NCBI GenBank assembly: GCA_964016885.1
Contig: OZ024740.1
Span: 204,724,001-204,788,000 of the forward strand
Source: Eledone cirrhosa
Taxonomy: Eukaryota
Length of the DNA stretch: 64,000 bases
Direction of reading: 5' to 3'
The notes under the pieces were generated by a model. The model searched no databases. It saw nothing but the letters and a program-made list of their open reading frames with translations, and had not been told where the DNA came from. The translations under genes were made by a program, and so were the position numbers. How positions within the stretch are numbered: position 1 is the first letter of the stretch; each line of letters begins with the position of its first letter. Positions 12,955-26,239 of the stretch are shown one piece after another.

Positions 12955-15234
12955 GGCTAGTGTCATGAGCCAAATGATAGCTAGTGTTGTCAGCCACATG
13001 ATGGCTAGTGTTCCACATGGTGGCTAGTGTTGTGATCCACATGGTGGCTTCTGATCCACATAGTGGCTAGTTTTGTGAGCCACATGGTGGCTAGTGTTGT
13101 GATCCACATGGTGGCTTCTGATCCACATAGTGGCTAGTGTTGTGATCCACTTGGTGGCTAGTGTTATGATCCACATGGTGGGTAGTGTTGTGATCCACAT
13201 GGGGGATAGTGTTATGATCCACATAGTGGTTAGTGTTATGATCCACATGGGGGGCTAGTGTTGTGATCCACATGGTGGCTAGTGATCCACATAGCGGCTA
13301 GTGTTGTGAGCCACATGGTGGCTAGTCTTGTGATCCACATGGTGGCTAGTGTTGTGATCCTCATGGTGGCTAGTGTTGTGATCCACATGGTGGCTAGTGT
13401 TGTGATCCACATGGTGGCTAGTGTTGTGAGCCATATGATGGCTAGTGTTGTGATCCACATGGTGGCTAGTGTTGTGATCCACATGGTGGCTAGTGTTGTG
13501 AGCCACATGGTGGCTAGTGTTGTGATCCACATGGTGGCTAGTGTTGTGATCCACATGAAGGCTAGTGTTGTGAGCCATATGATGGCTAGTGTTGTGATCC
13601 ACATGGTGGCTAGTGTTGTGAGCCACATGGTGGCTAGTGTTGTGATCCACATGGTGGCTAGTGTTGTGATCCACATGAAGGCTAGTGTTGTGAGCCACAT
13701 GGTGGCTAGTGTTGTGATCCACATGGTGGCTAGTGATGGGAGCCACATGGTGGCTAGTGTTGTGATCCACATGAAGGCTAGTGTTGTGAGCCACATGGTG
13801 GCTAGTGTTGTGATCCACATGGTGGCTAGTGATGTGAGCCACATGGTGGCTAGTGTTGTGATCCACATGGTGGCTAGTGATGTGAGCCACATGGTGGCTA
13901 GTGTTGTGATCCACATGAAGGCTAGTGTTGTGAGCCACATGGTGGCTAGTGTTGTGATCCACATGGTGGCTAGTGATGTGAGCCACATGGTGGCTAGTGT
14001 TGTGATCCACATGGTGGCTAGTGTTGTGATCCACATGGTGGTTGGTGTTGTGATCCACATGGTGGCTAGTGTTGTGAGCCATATGATGGCTAGTGTTGTG
14101 AGCCATATGATGGCTAGTGTTGTGATCCACATGGTGGCTAGTGTTGTGAGCCACATGGTGGCTAGTGTTGTGAGCCATATGATGGCTAGTGTTGTGATCC
14201 ACATGGTGGATAGTGTTGTGATCCGCATGGTGGTTGGTGTTGTGATCCACATGGTGGCTGGTGTTGTGATCCACATGGTGGCTAGTGTTGTGAGCCATAT
14301 GATGGCTAGTGTTGTGAGCCATATGATGGCTAGTGTTGTGATCCACATGGTGGCTAGTGTTGTGAGCCACATGGTGGCTAGTGTTGTGAGCCATATGATG
14401 GCTAGTGTTGTGATCCACATGGTGGATAGTGTTGTGATCCACATGGTGGTTGGTGTTGTGATCCACATGGTGGCTGGTGTTGTGATCCACATGGTGGCTA
14501 GTGTTGTGATCCACATGGTGGTTAGTGTTGTGATCCACATGGTGGCTAGTGTTGTGATCCACATGGGGGGCTAGTGTTGTGATCCACATAGTGGTTAGTG
14601 TTATGATCCACATGGTGGCTAGTGTTGTGATCCACATGGTGGCTAGTGTTGTGATCCACATGGTGGCTAGTGTTGTGATCCACATGATGGCTAGTGTTGT
14701 GATCCACATGGTGGTTAGTGTTGTGATCCACATGGTGGCTAGTGTTGGGTTTGACATGGTCGCTAGTGATCCACGTGGTGGTTAGTGTTGTGAGCCACAT
14801 GGTGGCTAGTGTTGTGATCGACATGGTGGCTAGTGATCCACATGGTGGGTAGTGTTGTGAGCCACATAGTGGCTAGTGTTGTGATCGACATGGTGGCTAG
14901 TGTTGTGATCCACATGGTCGTTAGTGTTGTGAGCCACATGGTGGCTAGTGTTGTGAGTCATATGATGGCTAGTGATGTGAGCCACATGGTGGCTAGTGTT
15001 GTGATCCACATGACTGCTAGAGTAGTGAGCCACATGATGACTAGTGTTGTGAGTCATATGATGGCTAGCATAGTGAGCTACATGATGGCTAGTGTTGTGA
15101 GCCACATGGTGGATAGTGTTGTGAGCCACATGATAGCTAGTGTTGTGAGCCACATGGTGGCTAGTGTTGTGAGCCACATTGCTACTAGAGTAGTGAGCCA
15201 CATGATGGCTAGTGGCATGAGCCACATGGTGGCT
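12955..15234. repeat. 24-bp minisatellite (GGCTAGTGTTGTGAKCCACATGGT), ~95 units
   Basis: Direct reading; homogeneous centre, degenerate edges; produces the 430-492 aa repetitive ORFs. Confidence 0.98.
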
Positions 15235-15290
15235 TACTATAATCATAATTCTAATAATACTTCTTAAATATATTGTTATAGAATGTAAAC

Positions 15291-15597
15291 CAGAGGTTCT
15301 CAAAATGGATGCTACCACATCTCGGGGACATTGAGAAGGTCCAGAGGGGCACTGGAGCCTAAGGGGGCAGTAGAGATGATATAATAGTATATTAAATGCC
15401 AAATAATACATATTATATGTAGATATAATAAAATAAAAAATATATATTTGTTTATACATAGAATATTTTATTTTATTTATTAAATATTATTTACAATTTG
15501 CATGTAGGCAGATCTCTCTAGAAATAGAGTTGGTGGTCAATGAGGGTATTATGTGGCCTCGAGGTGGGCAGTGGTACAAAAGGTTTGAAAACCTCTG
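15291..15597. mobile_element. hAT MITE
   Basis: TIR CAGAGGTTCTCAAA ... TTTGAAAACCTCTG with perfect 8-bp TSD ATGTAAAC on both sides. Confidence 0.9.
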
Positions 15598-16046
15598 ATG
15601 TAAACCAACATAGACACAGACATGAGAGTAGGTAAGGTGTTTGTTCCACAAGCACACAGCTTTTGTTTTAGTCACACTGTGTAGCATGTTGGAGAAGTGT
15701 TTTCTACCATAGCTCAGGTTTGCTAATGCTTTGTGAGTATAGTTTGGTGGATGGTGACTGTGCAGCAGTGTACTATGTGTGTGTGTGTAGCAGTTGAACA
15801 AATGGTGATTGATTTAATAAGTGCCAGGCCTAAAACAATAAGTACTGGGTTTGGTAAATCACTTGAAGGTGGTGCTCCAGCATGACCACTGTCTAATGAC
15901 TGAAACCAGTAAAAGAATAAAAGAATAAACATATGCAAATTGTGAGAAAATTGCAGTACATTTTAATATGTCCATTAACACAGTTTTATCTAAACCCCCT
16001 TTTCTGACCATATTTCTAACAATAATATGTTGTCTTTGAAGTTTAA

Positions 16047-16350
16047 CCCTTTCATGATGGCATTTCTAATGAAATACACACTGTTTTAATAAATGAATGA
16101 AGAATTGCGAAGGATTTACTAAAATTATTAATTATTTCTTTACTAAGATAGTAACTTAATGTAAGGTTCATATATATAATTCCTGACATTTGTACATTAT
16201 TCTATGTACTATACATGGACCTTTGATGAGTTGTAGTGCACCTGAGCACTATACACAATATTTTCATTATTATAAATTGGAACCCTTTAAAATGGGCGAG
16301 TTTATTTCATAAGACCAAAGACGGTTTTGGCCAGGCTGGTAACTAAAGGG
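16047..16350. mobile_element. piggyBac-like MITE, second family
   Basis: TTAA|CCCTTT ... AAAGGG|TTAA; partial relatives near 11310-11489 and 43350-43490. Confidence 0.5.
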
Positions 16351-18028
16351 TTAATTATTGAAATAATGAAACATTATGAGAGGTTTAGTGAAATAACTTT
16401 CAACTTAATAATGGTTTCTAATTTAGGCACAATTGATAGAAGAGAAAAATCGATTAAATTGACCTGACTTTCAACTTGAATAAAAGACAGCTATTCTCAG
16501 GTCTTCAATAATCATCCCACCCTTCCACTCATTAATTTTTCAGATTTTTTCCAACCCCCTCGTTTATTAAATTTTGCTAATCTATCTCCAGTGAAATTTT
16601 ATTGTATTCATATTGATATAGCAGCTGGAGAATCTAATAATTATTTTATTTTACATTAAAAAAACATTATATATGACAAAAAAAAAATGAACATTACAAG
16701 AAATCCCATATTTAGGAATGTACACTATCCCCCTCCCCCGCCCTTCTCCCATTGTTTCCACCCAAGAATTTAAGCAAATGACCCCCACACACACATATTC
16801 CACCCACCCTCCTATTATTTGGGACCCAAGAGTATTTAATTACTGAAATCTAATATTATTTGTCATGTAATAATGAGATTTCAGACCAAGTTTTAATTTA
16901 AATTTAAACACTTCAATAGGTTGGCGTTTAAAGAAAATATTTATATATTTACAAGGATGTCTCTGACCCTAGCTTTCAGTTATTCAAGATCTTATTCCAT
17001 TCTTGGAATCCTTATTATATTATCCTTGCCCCTGTCCAACTTTAAACAGCTGCTACCAAAAATTGCACAACCTTCCTCAAAACAGTAATTTCGTCAATAT
17101 TTTATTTAACCAAACAAAATTACAATTGATTGTTATTTTTATTTATTTGCAAGTATAATTTTTACCTTTGACTTTTAAACATGTATATTTCTTTGTGTAA
17201 TGTATAACTAGCTATCCTGCCTACAAATACATCTGTGCATTTTACACATAAGCTGACATCATCATCATCATTGTTTAATGTTAATTTTCGACACTTGCAT
17301 GGATTAGACAGGTTGTCACGTTATGAGACAAGTTAGTCCCAGAGACCATCCTTGTATTTTGGCTTGGTTTCTACGGCTGGATGTCCTTCCTAACATTAAC
17401 CATATTACAGTGCAGATTGGGTGCTTTTATCATGTTACCATCACAACCCTCCTTATAGTGTGGACTGGGCGCTTTTTGTCATGTCACCAGCACTACAATC
17501 TTACAGTGTGGACTGGGTGCTTTTTGTTGTGACACCTACACAACCACTTTATAGTGTGAACTGGGCATTTTTTGTCGTAGCTCCAAGATGACCATTATTG
17601 GTGGGGGTTTGGATGGGGGTGGGGAATAAGCATGGGTAATTTGAGGAGGTAAGAAAAGGGGTGGGATGATTACAGTGAGGGAGGTGTATGAGAAGGGTGA
17701 TGGGAGGGAAGGTGGTGCATACTGACCAGTTATTGCTACTGTTTTTTTTTTTATTATTCTAGGCTGAGTCAACTGGAGCAAAGGGAAATGCTCAAGGACA
17801 TAACACACCATTAAGTCCAGGAACCAAACCCACAGCTTTATAATCATGACCCAACACTCTAACCAGGAGGCTGTTCACCTTCCATTGCAGATAATTTACT
17901 GTATATTTTATTACCACCTTACCAACACAGATTTTGAAACGTTCCATGTCATGTTTCTGTTAATCAGTTATCATAATGTATATCATATTCCCTAGCTTAT
18001 ATTAATTAGCTTTCTCAGAAGTATCCAA

Positions 18029-18060
<32 letters not shown>

Positions 18061-19353
18061 CACATACATATATCCGTCTTTTTCATTTTAATTATCTAGA
18101 TTTTTCTCAATGCAGCTGTTCAATGCAAGGAGTTGACATGAATTTATTTCTTTTCTTCATATTAGCCTTATTACAAATGTATTGATTATATTGTCTCGTC
18201 TGCAAATGTCCTGTTATCAAAACTAAATTTATGACTGCTGTTAAGAGTTCATATAGCGTTCATCTGTAGATAATTCATTAATTAGATCAATTATTTATCC
18301 TAAGCAAGGTCTAATCAATATTTCAGGCTTTTGGTAGATTATAGTTTCATCAAGAATTGTATTCTCTCTTCCATTAATATTATTTCCATTAATCACGAAC
18401 CAGATATGTAGCTGAGTCATCTGAATTTATTATAAACAAGGGACATAATCCTTAATACTGCTTACCAAGGGTGATAACAACCTCTCATGCGACATAATCA
18501 TGTCGACAATGAAAAGCAGATTAAGAACAGAGATATCTAAGTTGTACTTATTTTTAAAATTACATAAACTAAGACTAATGTGTTGAAACTAAAGTAATTA
18601 CATAGTTGAAGTGTCCTTTTAGCCATTTAAATTTATATGTTTTTAGAAAGACTAAAACGAATCTTCCACGATGTATGAGGAGATAACCCTGCTAGGACTC
18701 TTGCTCAGTTTGAGAAAATTAGCGTATTTCGAGACACCAGGACATAGAGAGAAGAAACAAATTAGGGAAGAAACGTTGGTTGCTATTGCAGTTTCTTTCT
18801 TTTTAATCAAATTAATAAAATCTTTCCTGAAACATAAAAGAGTAGACGTAAAAAAACATATATGCACTCTACGCACTAAAAAATATATTATGAGAAATTT
18901 CTTTCAATGTTTATTAACCATTGAATATGGATTACATAAATTAGACTGATATATATATATATATATCAGAATGGATTCAGTAAAAGTCTGTTAGACCATT
19001 ACTCACCAGAGTACTCGATATTTGGTGTAGTAGAGAGAGTGGGTAATTTGAAGTATTCGGGACCCCGACAGCTGAGCTCCAGTCGAATCCTTCATATATA
19101 TCATCATTATCATCATCATAATCAATTAAACGTCTATCTTCCACGCTACCATGACTTAGACAGGTCCCATTTAGAGGTAAGTTGGGGCGGTGAGCGTGTC
19201 TCGCTTATATAGGGGTGTTTCTGGCTGGTTCTCTACAGCTGGATGTCCTTCCTAACGCCAACCACATTGACAGTGTGTGATGGGTGCTTTTTGTCATGTC
19301 TTTTACACATTTTACAGTGTGGACACATATAATATATATATATATATATATAT

Positions 19354-20111
19354 TTGTTTATTTCCTTTCTTTGGTTTGTTTTTATCCTTCTATGTTGTTC
19401 ACTTGTCCCCCTCGCTGTACGCGATTACTGGTCCCAATAACTTATTTTAGTTATTGCTCGCACCAACCTGAGCTATCTGATTTTTAATGCGATGAAATAC
19501 CAATGATGGTTGGAAAATCACTGACGAAGGACTATTTTTATCATATGTAACCCATGTGCAAACCACGCAGTATTCTTCTTTCTTCTCATGTTTTTTATAT
19601 ATATTTACCTCGGCTGCGTTTGTCTGTTTCTCTCTTACTGCTTCCCCGTTCTCTCTGTTGCCCTCACCTTCTTTCGCCCCCTCTGTCAGTTACACTTTCT
19701 CTCGACTGACCACTTCCTCGCACTTCCACTCACTCACTCTCTGTTTCTCCCCTTCTCACTTCCTCCCGTTTGGCTAACAGTGGGCCTCTTCTTGCTTACA
19801 TCTCACTCATGTCGGATGTTTGTTCCTTTCGCTCATGAAATCCACCCAGATTATGCTGACCAGGACTACCGTGTTGCTTGTTTATTTCCTTTCTTTGGTT
19901 TGTTTTTATCCTTCTATGTTGTTCACTTGTCCCCCTCGCTGTACGCGATTACTGGTCCCAATAACTTATTTTAGTTATTGCTCGCACCAACCTGAGCTAT
20001 CTGATTTTTAATGCGATGAAATACCAATGATGGTTGGAAAATCACTGACGAAGGACTATTTTTATCATATGTAATCTATGTGCAAACCACGCAGTATTCT
20101 TCTTTCTTCTC

Positions 20112-20117
<6 letters not shown>
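19354..20117. repeat. Direct repeat pair (~240 bp; 19354-19594 and 19878-20117) bracketed by (TA)n; possibly a Penelope-like terminal repeat
   Basis: Two near-identical copies around a ~280-bp pyrimidine-rich spacer; each copy contains CTGACGAAGG. Confidence 0.8.
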
Positions 20118-20177
<60 letters not shown>

Positions 20178-20839
20178 TATATATACACACATACATATAT
20201 ATGTCTATACAACCTCTCTCTTTCTCCATCCATCTCTCTCTCTCTCTCTCTCTCTCTCCCTCTCTCTCTCACTATATATATATATATACACATGTATATA
20301 TATATATATACATGCATTTATCATCATCATCACTATTTAATGTCCATTTTTCCATCCTAGCATGAGTTAGATGAGTTGTCCCGTTGTGAGACAAGCCAGA
20401 TCAGATGACCGTGTCTTGCTCATACAGAACTGTTTTTGGCTTTGTTTCTACAGATGGATGCCCTTCCTAATGCCAACCACAATAACAGTGTGGACTGGGT
20501 GCTTTTTTTATAACACCTACACAACCACTTTACAGTGTGGATTGGGGGCTGCAGAGGGGGGAGGTTCGAGGGATTGGAGAGGTTGATATAGGGTGGGGCA
20601 CTTATCAGGAGAAGGGTGGGGGTATAGGGACGTAAATGAGGTGTTGGGTGTTAGGACATGAGTGGAATGTTAGGATGTGGGAGGTGTATGGAAGGAGGAG
20701 GGAAAGGTAGTGCATATAAGATGTATGCTTCAGCCTGTGCACATGAGAAGGCCGGTCTTCTGTATTACTGCATCAGTCCAAAGATCTCGATCCTGTGTTA
20801 CCTCATTCAAGAAATGCAATTGTGCAAGGTCATTTTTTT

Positions 20840-22222
20840 ATCACCTCATCCAAAATCTTCCTAGATTTTCCTACACCATAGCTTCCATCAACTTTGAGCA
20901 CCCTGCACCTTTTTATGCAACTGTCATCCTTTATACACATCACATGTCCATACCAATGCATTCTCCTCTCCTCCTCTGCACATTGCAGCTGATCCCTCTT
21001 ATACGCAGTTTCTCTTTCAGTTCATTTATGCTTTGATTTTCATGTATATTACTATTACACATCCATCGGATCATGCATGCTTCATTTCTTTCCAATTTTT
21101 GCAGGTCTTCTGCGCAAGTGCCCAGGTCTCACTGCCATACAACATTGCTGTTTATATACATGTATCATACAATCTGCCCTTCATTTTGAGGGAAAAACAT
21201 TTTGCGGTTACCAACGGTAGCAGCTCCCTGAACTTTCTCCATTCCATTCTCACTCTACCTACAGTACTTTCAGAACTCCCACCTCCACTGCTAATTTGGT
21301 TGCCCAAGTAACAGAAACTATCAACAACTTCTCCTGACTCAGTGGGTATTTAAAGGAGCTAGTATCCTGTGGGCTGTTACTACTTACTACACCTGTGCAG
21401 CAACCACATATAAAGCCTGCGTTCTTTGCTAGCCTTCCTAAAATCTCATATCATCTCTTGTGTACCCATACTTTGCATTTGGGACATAGGATGGAATTTC
21501 TACCTACTCTTTTCCTGTACACTGAGCAAGGCCATTTTCCTGGGCCCTGTTATCCTTTCTACATACTATGACTTTGCTTTGATCTTTGTCATGTTGGCTT
21601 TAAGACCTTTAGATTCTAGGCCTTGCATCCAGATTTGTAATTTCTTCTCTTGATCTGCCATAGATTCAGCTATAAGGGTTAGATCATCTTCATGACTGTT
21701 CCTCTATACTTGGCTTGTACTGCCCTCACAAACAACTCATCTACTCCCAGCTTTCTGAGAGCCCACCAGATAATGGAATGGGGAACTCTATCTAAAGCTT
21801 TCTACAGGTCCACAAATGCCAAGTAGAGGGGTTTACTTTTAGCTAGGTACTTCTGCAGTTGCCTCACAAGGAAGAGGACATCAGTGGTACTTTTACTTTG
21901 CACAACTCCGAATTGCATCTCATCTAAGTTAACTTGGTCTCTGATCAGCTGTACTACAACTCTTTCTGCGACCTTCATGACCTGGTCCATCAACTTGATG
22001 CCTCTATAGTTTTCTCTGTCTAGAGCCCCTCCTTGTCACAGTTGACGATGATGCTGCTATGCCTATCATTGGGTATGACTCCTTTTTGTATTATTTGGTT
22101 TACGATACGTTTGGTTAAGGTCTGACCCACCATCATCCCAGATGCTTTCAGTATCTTGGCAACTATCCCAGAAGGTCCAGCTGCTTTGTATGTCTTCATA
22201 TCTTTGATTGCCATACTCACTA
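20840..22222 (-). mobile_element. Decayed RTE-clade LINE (RT region)
   Basis: Minus-strand KAAGPSGIVAKILK, LDEMQFG, STTDVLFLVRQLQ, LYLAFVDL; same family as 61904-63950. Confidence 0.88.
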
Positions 22223-22224
22223 TA

Positions 22225-22447
22225 CTAAAGCTGACTTGTAGGATTAAGGAGGCATTTGAGGCACTCCCTAGGGACACCATAAAGGCCACATGTGCAAGAT
22301 TCCGAAGTCGAATCGAGGTCATGGTGGATGCTGAGAGTGGTTTCTTTGAATGAATTTTCTATTTTGATTGTTTTAATCTTTATGCCACTTTCTATTTTTC
22401 CAATAAATTTATTTTTGATGGAGATATTCACTTTTTTTAGTCCAAAC

Positions 22448-22452
<5 letters not shown>
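22225..22452 (+). mobile_element. Tc1/mariner transposon 3' remnant
   Basis: RIKEAFEALPRDTIKATCARFRSRIEVMVDAESGFFE* resembles the transposase C-terminus; followed by TIR-like ...ccaaacaccct and (TA)n. Confidence 0.75.
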
Positions 22453-22484
<32 letters not shown>

Positions 22485-22962
22485 ATCGCTGATCATGAAA
22501 CACTGTCTTTGATGGTCAGAACATGTAGCAAGACTGGAAGAGTCAAGGTTTCCATGTCAAGTTTTATTCATTGAGATCACTTCAGGGAAAAGACGATGGG
22601 GTCGCCCTCTTTGAAGATAAAAGGACCAACTCAAAACAACACCAAAAGCCACTGGACTTGAGCATAAATCACTTGAAACTCAAGACACTGTACCAACTAG
22701 TGGCGTTCCATCAATGTCGGAACCAAAATTTTCAAAACCACCAGAAGAGAAAAGGAAGAAATCAAATGACAAGAGAGAAAGGTTCAACAAAATCAACCTG
22801 GTCTTACACCAACATTACCATGCAGTCAATGCCATTGACTTCTCCATGCAAGAATTGGTCTACTTAGTCATCAACACTATCACCGTAAAGGAAACAATCA
22901 GCAAAGAAGAAATTAAATTCTCAAAAACGAGATAAGACAAACAACGATATATATATCATATA

Positions 22963-22993
<31 letters not shown>

Positions 22994-23175
22994 AGATATA
23001 GATATATACATCCAGTTAAGCCTCCAGCCCACACTGTGAAGTGGTTGTGTAGGTATCACAACAAAAAGTACCCAGCACTCACTGTAAATGAGGTTGGTGC
23101 TAGGAAGGGCATTCAGCTGTAGAAACCAAGCCAAAACCAGTTCTGTACAAGCAAGACATGGTCACTTGACCTTGC

Positions 23176-23215
<40 letters not shown>

Positions 23216-23266
23216 TAATATATTGTAGTATATATATATACTGTATTGTATGGCAAACTTTCCTAG

Positions 23267-24555
23267 GTTCCAAATTTCCTGAAGCAAGTTGGTCTTACTT
23301 CGTTTATCAGCAATCAGAAAGTCACCGCCAGTGATACTTCAGTAAAGTCTTTTCTGAAAAACCTCAGGATACATGTATAAAATATGTACACACATTCACA
23401 CATACATGCACCATTCATACACAAGCACACACATATATATTTACATATATGAATGGACACACACATACACAAATGCTTACATCAGCATAAACACATACTC
23501 CCTCCACACATACATAGGTGTGTATATTAGTACACATGTACCCAATCCCACATATGCACACACATTCACACACACACACACACACATCCACTCATACACA
23601 CAAGCCCCCCCCCCACACACACACACACTTCCACTCATACACACAAGCGCCCACCCACCCACACACACACACATACACGTCTTGTTCATTGGTGCAGGAG
23701 ATGTAAAATATTCTAATAGTCTTTACATATTTCTTCTATCTTCCAATCTCAAGTTGTACATCGGTCTTACGAAACGGCAGTTTAAAGGATGCTACAGTAG
23801 TTAGGTGGCATTGTTCCAGAAACAGGAGAAAAAACTCACAGCTAAGCTCTCTAGCCATATATCAAAGCTGAAAGAAGTCTCAAATGATTACAACATCAGC
23901 TGGAAGATAACAGAAAAATGTAAACCCTATGCCAATGGTTCTAAGAGGTGTGAACTCTGCAACACCGAGAGATCAGTCATATGGAAAAATTCACAAACAC
24001 ATGCCTCAACCCAAAGAGTGAGATATGTAAGCCATGTCTGCATAAAACAAAATATATTCTCCAATTTTGGTCACCAAATATCCAGACACTCACTAATCAC
24101 CCCAGATAACATGATCCAAGAACAATGGCAAACTATCATAACTCTTTCGGAAATTGAATAACTAAACATTCCAGATCAAAATGACTATCAGAATATTTTA
24201 CCTCTCCTGGTCTGATTAACAAAACATATGCATGTGTGTGTTTATGGATATCTGTGTGTGTATGGATGCATGTGTGGGTGTGTGTGTATGCATGTGCATA
24301 TGTGGGCTTGGGCACATGTGCATTAATATACATGCGCATGTATGTGTGGGGAGATTACATATGTGTGCATGCGGATGTATGCATATGTGGATGCATATAT
24401 GTGTGTCCTCGTTCGTACATGTAAATGCATGTGTGTGTTCTTGTGTACAAATACCATGTGTCTGTGTGAGTCTGTATAAGTATTTTTTACATGTATTCCA
24501 AGGACTTTCTGATGACTTTTTAAGTAAGACCAACTTGCTTCAGGAAACTTGAATT
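23267..24555. repeat. Diverged inverted repeats (23267-23721 / 24182-24555) flanking the GIY-YIG remnant
   Basis: tttcctgaagcaagttggtcttactt vs aagtaagaccaacttgcttcaggaaa; caggagatgtaaaatattct vs agaatattttacctctcctg; CA-rich vs TG-rich cores. Confidence 0.85.
23730..24080 (+). pseudogene. Penelope-like GIY-YIG endonuclease remnant
   Basis: LYIGLTKRQFK...*...LSSHISKLK..YNISWKITEKCKPY..GSKRCELCNTE: YIG motif plus the W-I/PY/CxLC tail typical of PLE endonucleases; in-frame stop at 23802. Confidence 0.75.
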
Positions 24556-25710
24556 TCCCATGACCTGCCAGACTAGTTAAGCCTCATTAGAAAGATTACT
24601 ACACGGCATTAGATTTAGTTTCAGTTATTTGCACCTTTATATTATCATAGTTATAGGCGGTGAATTAACAGAGTCGTTAGAACGTCAGATAGAATGCTTT
24701 ATGGTATTTGTTCCAGCTTTCTGCTCTCTGAGTTCGAATCCCGCAGAAGTCAACTTTGCCTTTCACCCTTTTGAGGTTGGTAAAAAAAATACCAGTCTAG
24801 TATTGGGGTCAATTTTTCCTCTATATCTCTTTCTCATTTCCTTTCTCTCACTTTCTATCTTTCTCTGGAAGAAATCTGCTGTACTCAGGCCTGGAGAAGG
24901 ATGAGCTCCATCAGGCTCAAAAAGGCCCAAGAAATGCTGTAAGTCAATACGGCACCCCTACTGCTCTATTAGGAGTTACGGGACAATACATACATTATCA
25001 TAGTTAAGTAGTGGGTAGATTGTTTTCAACTTTGTCACATATTTCTTGTGATTAGTTATCTAGTCCAGCCAAGCAGATAATCAAATGACAAAATTGTCCA
25101 GCCCACCCTGTATAGAGGTCATGTATGTATCAAGACAAAAGTGCCCAGTCCACACTGTAAAGTGGTCATGTAAGTATCACAAAAAAGTGCACCCAGTCCA
25201 CACTGTAAATGTGGTTGGTGTTAGGAAGTACATCAAGCTGTAGCAACGAAGCCAAAAATCAGCCCTGTGTGAGCGAAACACGGTCCTCCGACCTGATCTT
25301 TCCCAAAGGGACACAGCCCTTCCCACCCATCCTAGCATGGAAAATGGACGTTAACCGATGATGATGATGATTGCTCAGATCACACTAAGAAAATTACTAA
25401 GGCCTGCATTTTCCACTACACAGTCCACGCTCACTGAATCATGTAATGCACACACACATACATTCACACACACACTTCATAAGAACAAACTAAGAAAATA
25501 ACCTTGTTATTTATTTGTAGTTAACAGCTAAGTGAACATATATTGAGCCAAACGAGTTTTATCTGATAATCTAATTTCACTTTGTGATAATCTGATAATT
25601 CCTTAATTCCTTATATAAATAGTAATTTTGTTAATTTTGGTGTTTATATTGTCATAGCTAAAACTAATCCTTAAAATTGATATAAACATGCGATTAGTTC
25701 AGGATTTTTA

Positions 25711-25913
25711 AAATCTTCAATCATAGATTATGTAACATAACATAACATCAGCACAGATATTGCAGTGTTGTTGAGAATTTCGCTTCACAACAATTCACAA
25801 CCATATATATACAGGGTGTCCCCAAAATGTGTGTACACACTTCAACAGTATTCTAATAAATATTGCCTGTACAGGTTATCAAAGTGTGTATATATTTTTT
25901 GGGACACCCTGAT

Positions 25914-25966
<53 letters not shown>

Positions 25967-25969
25967 CTA

Positions 25970-26036
<67 letters not shown>

Positions 26037-26239
26037 ATCAGGGTGTCCCAAAAAATATATACACACTTTGATAACCTGTACAGGCAATATTTATTAGAAT
26101 ACTGTTGAAGTGTGTACACACTTTTTGGGGACACCCTGTATATATATGGTTGTGAATTGTTGTGAAGCGAAATTCTCAACAACACTGCAATATCTGTGCT
26201 GATGTTATGTTATGTTACATAATCTATGATTGAAGATTT
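25711..26239. repeat. Near-perfect palindrome, ~205-bp arms around a (TA)n/(TC)n centre
   Basis: Arms are reverse complements with one visible mismatch; each arm contains a ~100-bp mariner-type MITE (TA|CAGGGTGTCCC ... GGGACACCCTG). Confidence 0.95.

Noticed and set aside
13236-14757. 430-492 aa ORFs as genuine genes
   Set aside because: Three frames are open simply because the 24-bp unit lacks stops; no unique domain, and frame-breaking indels at the edges
20078-20365. YI/IY-repeat ORFs (also 31.5-32.2 kb and 33.9 kb)
   Set aside because: Translations of (TA)n microsatellites
22648-22665. PLDLS CtBP-binding motif as evidence of a host gene
   Set aside because: A five-residue match in a short unsupported ORF is expected by chance
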